Shown piece after piece: positions 9,582 to 18,702 of a stretch of 20,000 nucleotides of DNA. This stretch comes from Asterionella formosa (Eukaryota), in assembly GCA_002256025.1 (NCBI GenBank), contig NKIB01013060.1:44787-64786 (forward strand). The letters are read 5' to 3'. Under the pieces are notes generated by a model that saw only the letters and a program-made list of their open reading frames with translations, was not told where the DNA came from and made no database searches. A program made the translations under genes and the position numbers. Within the stretch, counting starts at the first letter, position 1. The number at the start of each line of letters is the position of its first letter.

Positions 9582-11054
9582 TCAGTCCTTGGATAAAAAG
9601 GACATGTTATAAATACTGCTTCCAAGAGAGGTGGTCCCCAGATTAGACTCATCGGTACCAAACGTTTGTGTACTCATATCCATTTGTGCAGAAACATTCA
9701 TGCTCCCTTGTTTTCGTTCGCCAGCAGCACTGGTACCATGAGGCGAGATGGCTGACTTCTTTGTGTAGTCCTTCGAAGACGACAACACTCTGGATGGAGG
9801 TTCATCTGATATTCTCAAGGAATCTTCAAAGACGGCACTTAAATTTGTTCCGTCTGACATGTCTCCAATAGAAAAGGACATGGCCGATAGGTGGTTGGAC
9901 GAGTTCAATCCCATTCTTGCTGTCTTGCTCGTTGAGTCTTGATCTTTAACAAAGACAGTTTCAAACGTCAACGAGTCGGAACGTTCAATGCATCTAGCAG
10001 TCACAACCCCTTGTGATTTGGTTGTTGGGTCGAAGTCTCTGCCTTTCAATTGTAAATTTGGATGAATTGGTGTTGGCTCAAACGATTCTGAATTGTACAT
10101 CGACCCAGCACTGAGAGGCTGCATTCGTGTTGCTGTATTCAAGGAGGCATCCAAGTCAGAAGGCAAATTAATCATTCCTGGGATCACTCGCTGTTGGCCA
10201 ATGGAATTTTGATATGAGACAGAATGCAGTCCCCCCATGGCCGAACCAGATGAGACAATGTCGGGTGGAGGCATTAAAGCTTGTAAGCCGCCCATATTAT
10301 TGCATGGGTTGTCGTCAATCCCAAATTGAGGTTGTGGCTGCCTTTGGAAGTCCTGTAGGGATAGCAGAGTGAGAATTTGTTCAGCTTGCACTCACATAAG
10401 TTGCAAACAGTAACGACGGTTCGCGTTGATTTTGGAAAGCGGAGCACATTTCGTCAAGAAAGGAAAAGCAAAGCAATGCTGCCAAGTCATCGCAGCACAA
10501 CCTGAAAACCAAAGGTTCCGGGCCAATACATAGAATATTTCCACTTGTACGATGAAAACCAAGCGAACAGTTGTAAAGTACATCAACCAAGAAAAAGGGT
10601 TCACCAACCGTACTATGCCAGACGTTTGAAATCTGTAAGCATTGCCACGTACCAGATATAGGTCATTTTGTGTAGGCTCATCCTCGTCGTCGTCTTCGTC
10701 GGAATTTACTAAATTTTTCATCAAGTCTGGTGCACCTTCTCGAAGCGCTTGTCTCGTCTTGTCAAGTGCTTTCTTGTCTCCAATGTCATACCACAGCTGC
10801 GTGACTTTATCTTGCTTGAGAAAGCGTCCCGGAGGATCTAGAAGGCGCATTTCATCGACTATCATGCGCGAAAATTGGCCTTTTTGCGGTTTTGGGCAAG
10901 CGAGATACGCCACCTTGTGCTTCCGCACCAGAGCGCGGAAGTGCTCATTGCCTGCGTGATAATTCACAAAATTGCCTCGTCCTGATAACACATCGTGATC
11001 GTGAGGAACCACAACCTCGGCCTTCGTGCAACTTGTTTCGTTTCCGTTCTCCAT
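9582..11054 (-). CDS. DUF6824-domain protein (diatom-expanded family), 2 exons (11054-10653, 10352-9582; ~390 aa)
   Basis: N-terminal PHDHDVLSGRGNFVNYHAGNEHFRALV..Y...K..FSRMIV....PPGRFLK....WYDIGDKKALDKTRQALRE, followed by a low-complexity S/M/Q-rich tail. A phase-0 intron joins the two ORF-track pieces. Confidence 0.85.
10353..10652 (-). other. Spliceosomal intron (300 nt)
   Basis: CTG|GTACGT ... ctcac ... CCCTACAG|GAC. Joins ..NDLYL to DFQRQP.. in frame. Confidence 0.7.
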
Positions 11055-11610
11055 CTTCGTTTCGGTCGCAACGAAAAGTCTCTCACAGAATTCAAAACCC
11101 TTGAATCACGAGGCAAAAGTAGAAGCAGCAGTGAAAACATACGATGTCCCCGAAACAAAATGTCTTTCCCAAATGCCTATGTGTGTAGTTGATAGTTGTT
11201 CTTCTAGTACGTGTATAGAAAGGGAAATACCGTAATACACAAATCAAATGTTCGATTTGTCGAGGAGTGCCTTGTATTTCCTAAAATATTCCGGTACTTA
11301 AAAACATATGGAATGCAATTAAAGCAACTGCATGCTTTTCAGCATAGCAGGTACCGTGATTGTCGAATATAGGCGTCAATGCAATACACCAACATTATAG
11401 TCAGAGTCAAGCGACTTCGTCGTTCTGGTTTTATATTGCCCTGAACACCAGTATCTCAATTGCCAGACCTTTCCGGCGTCGTACGTACGTTGTTTGCGGT
11501 TTGTGCTGAGCACGAATGGGCCGCGAACGCATACCAACAAGCAGGCATCAGGGCCTGAAAGAAAACAAAGAACAGGAGCTCCACGAGGAGGCTATGCCGG
11601 AACAATCCTT

Positions 11611-11702
11611 GCAAGTTGCGGTAATTTGGCTTAACTAAAGATTTAGCTGTCTTTATCATAGATTAAATTGTTGATTTAAGCAAGATGACGGCCAGAACTT
11701 GC
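11611..11702. mobile_element. Full-length ~92-bp hairpin/MITE-like element
   Basis: gcaagttgcggtaatttggcttaa...ttaagcaagatgacggccagaacttgc. Imperfect terminal inverted repeats, colinear with 18381-18471. Confidence 0.8.
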
Positions 11703-12410
11703 TGTACTCCGTGGTCTAACATACGCACCACCCAATTTACTCCGGCGAACCAGTAGCAAGCTGGCAAGCAAAATATACCTGTAACGGTAGTAGTACTCCG
11801 GAATACCGCTGCATGAGATATGCACTGCATGCCGGTAGTACCAGGTACCTGGTACAAAGAAGGTGTTGACCATCTACCGGTAGTTCCCAGGTTGTAAATA
11901 AAGGGTAGGTGGTTTTTACGTATGTACACATACATCTGCTGGGTATGAATGATTGGAACTCGGAATACTGGCACCTGGTACTGGGTATCATTTCATCATC
12001 CGATTGTACCCGGTACCAGGTGCCTGGAATTACCAGGTGGTAGCGGTGCTACTGGTATCAGTTCTTTGGCTGGGAGACGGTTGCCGATTAAAGAACCAGG
12101 TACCTGGTCGTACAGATAATGTACAGCCACACAAGTATCAACACTTTCACCCTGCTATGTCAAAATTTATCATCTGCTTGACCACGCTTCTATTTAGGAG
12201 TAACGTTTGCAGCAGACAAGTCAGCAAAACCGACGACGACGTTTGTTCATCGATTCCAATCAATTGCAAGCATAGCAAGCCACTGAATCACCTTCATTTC
12301 TTCTCGGCGCAACTGCAACAACCTATTTCTTTCCATCCTTCGTCAGGCTCCCATCGAAATTACCCGCCTCTATCTATTAGCTTTACTACCGAACAACGGT
12401 TACTTTAATA

Positions 12411-13421
12411 ATGGTATCATCCACAATGTCATGTCGGACGTTGGCGCTTTTCCTGTTACTTGCAACCGCCACCACTAGTGCCTTTTGCGTGTTCCCGTCG
12501 ACCGCGGTCATTCCAGCGACCACGGCGCTCTTCGCTCGCCGTCCACCCGGTGGGAAGAGATATCAGCCTAGAGTGGAAGAAGAGAGGCCCACAATGAATG
12601 CTGATATTCAGCAAGCGGAACTTCGTGTTGTCATGGGATCAAGCTCGGGTGCCAAGGATGAACCCATTGGTGTCATGACGAAGGCAGATGCTCTGGCAAA
12701 GGCCAAATCGCTTAGTTTGGACCTCATTCTCATTAATGCACAATCGGACCCGCCTGTCTGTAAGATTGTTGATTACAGCAAGTGGCGTTACTCAAAAGAG
12801 AAGAAGGCCAAAGAAGTGAAGAAGAATTCTAAAGCGACGGAAATCAAGGAGATTAAAATGTCATACAAGATTGACGTTCATGATTATGAAGTCCGTAAGA
12901 AGAATTGTGCCAAGTTTCTTAATCAAGGAAATCGTGTTAAGTGTACTGTCATGTTCCGGGGACGTGAAGTCCAGCATGACAATCTCGGTTTCGATCTTTT
13001 GGACAAGTTGGCCAATGATTTGGATAAGTGGGCGACAAAGGAGGGACGTCCCAAGAGAGAAGGGCGTAGTTTGGCGTTCATCTTGACCCCTCGCCCCGAA
13101 GTCGTGAAGGCCCTTACTGATGCCAAGAGAGCAGAAGAAAAGGCTAAGAAGAAGAAGAGAGACGAGACGTTTAAGTTACTGCAGAAAGCTGTGGACGATG
13201 CTACTAACAAAATAGAAGTTGAAGCTGCTTTGGCAGCCGTGGCAAGAGCCGAAGCAGAAGAAGCGGCTGAGCTTTTGGCTTTGAGTTTGATCGAAGAAGA
13301 CGACGATGGTGATGATGAAGATGATGATGATGACGACGATGATGATGATGATGATGACGTTCTTTCTTCCCTTGATGCTTTATTAGGAAGTGATGATTTG
13401 ACCGATGATCTATTTTCTTAA
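12411..13421 (+). CDS. infC: Plastid translation initiation factor IF-3 with C-terminal acidic extension
   Basis: Bipartite presequence (..ATTSA-FCVFP). IF3-N: MNADI...LRVV..IGVM...AL..A....LDLILIN..SDPPVCKIVDYSKWRY. IF3-C: KEIKMSYKIDVHDYEVRK....FLNQGNRVKCTVMFRGRE. The start could be 12411 or the next ATG (MSCRTL). Confidence 0.95.
   Translation: MVSSTMSCRTLALFLLLATATTSAFCVFPSTAVIPATTALFARRPPGGKRYQPRVEEERPTMNADIQQAELRVVMGSSSGAKDEPIGVMTKADALAKAKSLSLDLILINAQSDPPVCKIVDYSKWRYSKEKKAKEVKKNSKATEIKEIKMSYKIDVHDYEVRKKNCAKFLNQGNRVKCTVMFRGREVQHDNLGFDLLDKLANDLDKWATKEGRPKREGRSLAFILTPRPEVVKALTDAKRAEEKAKKKKRDETFKLLQKAVDDATNKIEVEAALAAVARAEAEEAAELLALSLIEEDDDGDDEDDDDDDDDDDDDDVLSSLDALLGSDDLTDDLFS
13299..13358 (+). 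repeat. (GAY)n coding microsatellite encoding a poly-Asp tract in the IF3 tail
   Basis: gacgacgatggtgatgatgaagatgatgatgatgacgacgatgatgatgatgatgatgac. Confidence 0.95.
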
Positions 13422-13907
13422 TTAATGCGGAAAGGGCCAAGACATTCCGACTGTACCTTGTACCACCTCAAAACTGAGAGCAAACGCTTTGAAGATTTTG
13501 AACTGAGAGCCAATGTTAAATCGAGTAAAATCACATTTTGGACTAAATATGCTAGATACGAACATAATTAATAAAGCAATGTTGTAGCAATTTACCGGTA
13601 TATACTAAACAAAACTTGTTTTACTTCAAACTCATCAAATAGCTCGAGTTGCAGACATAATTCAGCCCGAAGGTTGCTGTTGACGAAGAATGGAATCTGG
13701 TACCTGGTACCAGATAACAGGTACGGAGTAAGTACCAGGGAGTGCCAGTACGCAGGACTCAGTACCATGTAGATACAGAAATAGTTATAACCCACAAGTA
13801 CCGGTAGTATAGCAGACGCTATGCCCCATCAGGCTGGTCTTGACAAAAGCTCTTGAGCATAACTCACCAGAAGACTACCCAGTGCATCAACGACGAGATC
13901 CAAAACT

Positions 13908-15045
13908 ATGACGGCAACGACGGACCGCATTACCCTTCACCTTCCAGATGACTTTCATCATCACTGCCGCGATGGCAACAAGACGGTACAAGTTTTGAAG
14001 CACGCGTCGAAGCGCTTTGGGCGGTGCCTCGTGATGCCAAATCTCAAGCCTCCAGTAGTCAACATGGAAATGGCGTTGAAGTACCGAGAACATGTTCTCA
14101 AGTCCCTGCCTCCAGATTCTCCTCTTGACTTTGAGCCTCTCATGACAATCTACTTGACGGACAACACAACTCCAGAAATTGTTGAGGAAGCGTTCGCAAC
14201 AGGCAAGATTGTCGCCTGCAAATTTTATCCTGCTGGGGCCACCACTAATTCTGATTCAGGAGTCAGCGATGTTTCCAATGTCTACCCAGCCATTGCAAAG
14301 ATGGCAGAAATCGGGATGATACTTTGCATTCATTCAGAAGTCACTCACGGGGATATATTTGAACGTGAACCTGCCTTTATTAACGAAGTCATGAAACCCC
14401 TTGTGGAGCGATTTCCCACATTGAAAATCGTCATGGAGCATATCTCCACGAAAGAAGCAGTGGAGTACATTATGCACGAAGCGCCGGATAATGTGAGGGC
14501 AAGCGTCACTGTTCATCATTTACTGTTCAACCGAAATCGTAAGTATGTGTATTATGTGTATATGACCGTCACTGGAAACGCAATGAATGATGACACTGAC
14601 CTACACCGACATTTACACATTAGACATGCTCGTTGGCGGCATTCGACCGCACCTCTATTGTTTGCCTATTTTAAAGGCTGAATCACATCGCGTCGCTTTG
14701 CTGGAGGCTGCCACATCCGGATCTTCAAAGTTTTTCATGGGCACAGATTCGGCACCCCACCCCACAGCGGAAAAACAATCGGCATGCGGATGCGCAGGTG
14801 TATTCACAGCTCATGCTGCTGTTGAACTCTACGCTGAAGCCTTTGAAACCGTAGGCAAGTTGGACATGCTGGACGACTTTTTGTCAAAATTTGGGGCGGA
14901 GCATTATGGCCTCACGAGAAACACGAGGATGATTGTTCTGGAAAAGAAGCCATGGGAAGTGCCACTGTCGTATGATTTTGGAGATGGACTTACTGTGACT
15001 CCCCTGCGAGCGGGGGAAAAGGTGCAGTGGCAAATTGTCGAGTAA
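13908..15045 (+). CDS. pyrC: Dihydroorotase, homodimeric type II (E. coli PyrC / fungal URA4-like), 2 exons (13908-14538, 14624-15045)
   Basis: Metal and catalytic motifs [48 protein letters not shown]. Splicing restores [21 protein letters not shown]. Confidence 0.96.
14539..14623 (+). other. Spliceosomal intron (85 nt, phase 1)
   Basis: C|GTAAGT ... ctgac ... ATTAG|AC. The junction codon CAC gives the conserved His in NRNHML. Confidence 0.92.
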
Positions 15046-15207
15046 GTTACTTTCGCAAGAGAAAAGGATCCATGCACGCACCGAATATGGGCACTATACT
15101 GAGTTTACCGATTGTCTACGTATCAACTGCGGGACTACATCACTAGTTCTGACGCGACGTTTCGCAACACCAGTGAGGTAACAAAATTACGGTTTGGAAA
15201 TGCCTAT

Positions 15208-16095
15208 TTATTTCAACAACTCTTTCGCATTTTCCCAAGTGTCTTTGGCTTGTACGAACAGATTGTCCTCGCCTGTCTTGTGAATCCTCAGATCATCATC
15301 GAGATACAAAACATCGAAGTAGGCCTGAGGGACAGTTTTGGCTTGTCCCTTGAAAACTCGAGAAAAGAATACGATGCATCTTGTAATGAAGGCTGCGGGG
15401 ACAGGAATATAGAGCGACCACTTGATGGGCAGAAAAAGGAACTTCGTTAATTTCGCCTTGACAAACTTGAATTGGAGACCAACCCGATGGCTTGACAGAG
15501 CCGTTGCTTTAATTACCACATTGAGCTGTTTCAGAAGTGGTTCTGTGCCGTCTTCTTTCATGTAAAAGTCAATTATATTTGTAATTCGTCCCTTGCCAGC
15601 ATCCACAACATTCTGAGCCTTAGCATCGCCTCGAGTTGAGTTTTTGCTGAAACTAGCATCAGCAGCTGTTGTAAATAAAAGTTTCCAAGCTCCATTCAGG
15701 GGAGATAGGTTTCCTTTCATTTTATCGCCTAGGTATTGAGTCGGCTCTTCAGTAGGACTGATTTTACCAAGCTTCTCGCAAATTCCAATGACCCCATCAG
15801 CTGCAGCACCCACATTCTCAGATATGGCATAGTAGTTGACTTTTTGGGGTGCTCGTGACGTTGAGTTGAGCTCACCGCCCTTGACGCCAAAGTCAATTGC
15901 AAAATAGCCGTCTTTTTCTTGCTGTGTTCTCAGATATTTAATGCTGGACAGCAATTCATCCTTTAGAATGGCAGCGTCAGGGGAGGGTGTAACAAATAGT
16001 TGAAGTTGCTTGCTGAGAAATGCTGGCTTGTTGTGAGATTTAAAGGCTATAGAAAGTTTCACTATCAAGAAATACACTGCGATATGGATCTTCAT
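15208..16095 (-). CDS. Plastid lipid-associated protein / fibrillin family
   Basis: Signal peptide followed by F (LSIA-FKS). Lipocalin-like fibrillin motifs LNGAWKLLFTT and YFDVLYLDDDLRIHKTGEDNLFV. Confidence 0.85.
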   Translation of the reverse strand: MKIHIAVYFLIVKLSIAFKSHNKPAFLSKQLQLFVTPSPDAAILKDELLSSIKYLRTQQEKDGYFAIDFGVKGGELNSTSRAPQKVNYYAISENVGAAADGVIGICEKLGKISPTEEPTQYLGDKMKGNLSPLNGAWKLLFTTAADASFSKNSTRGDAKAQNVVDAGKGRITNIIDFYMKEDGTEPLLKQLNVVIKATALSSHRVGLQFKFVKAKLTKFLFLPIKWSLYIPVPAAFITRCIVFFSRVFKGQAKTVPQAYFDVLYLDDDLRIHKTGEDNLFVQAKDTWENAKELLK

Positions 16096-16370
16096 TGCAT
16101 ATGGCTCTAGCGGTGTATAGTAGTCAATGCACAGTGTGGTGTCTCGAATTGATGATCCTCTGTTGTAAATTTCACACTGCCTCTGGCAAATTGATTCTTA
16201 CGCGAATGAAGAGACGATGAGGCCTTCATGTACTGGTACATATAATGGGCGAGCGTCGAAATATCAATTTAATTTGCTTGCGCCGAAATTATCATTGTAC
16301 CTGGTATGATCACAAACATCTTCTGGTAGTGATTTGATGATATACGACCAGTAGATATGGCCATTGGTTA

Positions 16371-17695
16371 CCACGCCGGAAAATAACTCGTGACCCATTT
16401 TTTTCTGAAAACCATTCTTGGCCCTTCCTTGCTTGCTGTGTCGGAAACTTGTGTTTTCCGGGTTTTGATTTCCTGAAACTCAAATTTTTTCAGTCTCATG
16501 TTGGGAAATTCGTCGATTTTCTTGAAGCAGATGATTTTCTTCGGAAACTTTAGTTACATTTGAAAAAATTGATTTTACACCCAAAGCACTAGATAGATTA
16601 AAATTACTAATAGAATTTGAATTGACTGACTTGTCATTGTAATACAAAAACAAGTACAATTGCAATCAACAAAGGCTCATTCATCCACCATGGCCTCCTT
16701 GTCCTCCTCCTTCTTGTTGTCCTCCCAGAGGGATTCTACTGATGATCATCCGTTGCAAGGCAGATATTGTCTACAATGTTGCAGTCAATGAGGTGTTGGA
16801 CTTGATTGCTGAGGATAGCTCAAACAATAAAGAAAAGACATTGGCAGTGAAGAAACAAGCATCAAGACCTCCTAAAAGTAAGTGACAACCAGTGGACCGG
16901 ATATTGTCGCACATCTTTGTCGATCAGAATCTCACTCAGTTGTCCATGTTCATACTTCCTCTATCTCGCGAAAGCAGCGATAACAAGCAATGATAACAAC
17001 AATGATATGAGGAATGGGTTCAATTGAATGAAAACTGGCGAAATTAAAGTCAAAGAAAGATATGTCAACAAGGTGGACATCGGCAACCATTAAAGCAACC
17101 AATTGGCAGTTTTCAACAATGCTACAATCAACAGATCAGCAGGGACAAAAAAGCATCAAATGGGTAATTCTATGGACAGGTGTAGTAGCTAGTACTAGTG
17201 ATGATTGACGAGTGGTGTGTTGAAATGCTATTCTCAGATGGATTGTTTGGAGCTCAAATTTTGGAATTGCAATTGCATTAGAATCGCCTAAAAATGCCCT
17301 ACAAATCCATCAGATCATCAAAGTGCCCAAACATATAATAGTATCTTATCATTAATTCCAATAATTTATTATCATTTATCCTTGTTTGTTAGGTACTCAG
17401 CAATGCTACCAAAAGCACCACATTGTTGATCAGCTGATTGATTTAACATTACTAGTGGTTTTCTCATGTTATTGTGCTCAAAGAGTCAATTCTATGGTCG
17501 ATTTTTCCAAAATAAGCAAGAAGTAATGGAATTCTGGCGTGGTAGAGGAACAGCTTTTTCCCAAAAAAATTCTAACAACCGGTAGGACATAGCGTTTTTT
17601 GGCGTCGGAGAATCACTTATGTGTTCGAATTCCTCGGGGATTGAAAAATTTACTAAATTTCCAGAATGCGATTTCCCGACCAGTAAGCAAGGGCC
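16371..17695. mobile_element. Decayed non-autonomous TIR DNA-transposon region (two inverted-repeat pairs)
   Basis: Pair A: TA|CCACGCCGGAA (16371) versus TTCTGGCGTGG|TA (ends 17542). Pair B: GGCCCTTCCTTGCTTGCTGTGTCGGAAA (16420) versus TTTCCCGACCAGTAAGCAAGGGCC|TAA (ends 17695). The interior is AT-rich and CpG-poor with no intact ORF. Confidence 0.55.
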
Positions 17696-18380
17696 TAATA
17701 TTGGACACGCTTCGAAATACCAAATTAATTTGATTCAAAATGATTGCAGTACAACTACTGGCTGGCACATCACAAATATTCTTTGATGACTTTAATACTG
17801 GTATATAGTATCATCGTTGCACTCTGATGCTCGAATCATTTTAGATTTATACTTATCTGATATTAAATATGAATTTAACTTTAACTTTAATTTATTATAC
17901 TAGCTAACAGATGCATCCTCTTGCTGTGTGTTACGCCTCCACTTGTTCATTATTTATATAATTACTTTTGATGGGACACCAGATGCTGCTGCTTGCTGGT
18001 ACGACAGTCCCAAGAGGCCAATGAAAGAAAATTTGTCGCCATTTCAATTTGGAGAAGTGTCATGTCTGGATACGTCTACATTTTTGGGTGTTGCAAGAGT
18101 CTTGGTTGGTGGAATCAAATCCTTCTTTTACTGACTATAACGTTCTTTTTTATTGGTCATTTCGTGAGAGTCTATGAAGGGATGGTGCCTATGTTTTCTT
18201 GAGAAAGCCTCTGCTGGTCTGGAGATACATCTAACACCAAGCTATACATGAATAATGGATGGAAGCTAAAATATGTAGTGGCTCAAAGTCATTTTAAACT
18301 GGTATTGTACCTTTCTATATGTTTTATGTACGCGGATTTTATTTGAGTGTCAAGGCAACTCCGGGTATCCGAAGGTAGCT

Positions 18381-18471
18381 GCAAGTTGCGCTAATTGTGC
18401 TGCAGTTAATTATTTAGCTTTTTTTAATCCCATATTAAATTGTTTATTTAAGCAAAATGACCGCAACTTGC
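18381..18471. mobile_element. Full-length 91-bp hairpin/MITE-like element
   Basis: Ends GCAAGTTGCG...CGCAACTTGC form a perfect 10-bp inverted repeat and match 19/24 over the first 24 nt. Colinear with 11611-11702. Confidence 0.82.
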
Positions 18472-18702
18472 TTGTAGCAGCTGCCACCAATCATGAAGAA
18501 AACAGAATAAATCAGGACTCTTGTTTTTTGTATGATCGTCACCATGAATCCTTTCACTGTTGCAGAATGTGTTCGTTGAAGTTGCCTTGATTACGTCGTT
18601 ATGCAGAACATATTATGACTTACTTACCGGTAGTTTATACTGACAGCAACAATGGGAATATTGAAAATTCCTCGGTGCTGAATATATACAAACAAAGAAT
18701 TA

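Noticed and set aside
11953..12408. 151-aa ORF ending just before IF3
   Set aside because: Non-ATG start, built from GTAC-rich intergenic motifs and the IF3 5' region, and no recognisable domain.
13908..15045. pyrC as a frameshifted gene or recent bacterial transfer
   Set aside because: A canonical 85-nt intron explains the split. Monofunctional type II dihydroorotases are normal in many eukaryotes.
17737..17842. AAAATGATT...AATCATTTT inverted repeat
   Set aside because: Only 9 bp in very AT-rich DNA, with no extension and no second copy, so it is compatible with chance.
17928..18260. Short ORFs or a possible decayed exon
   Set aside because: No frame gives a recognisable motif and several stops interrupt the frames, so a gene or pseudogene call is unsupported.
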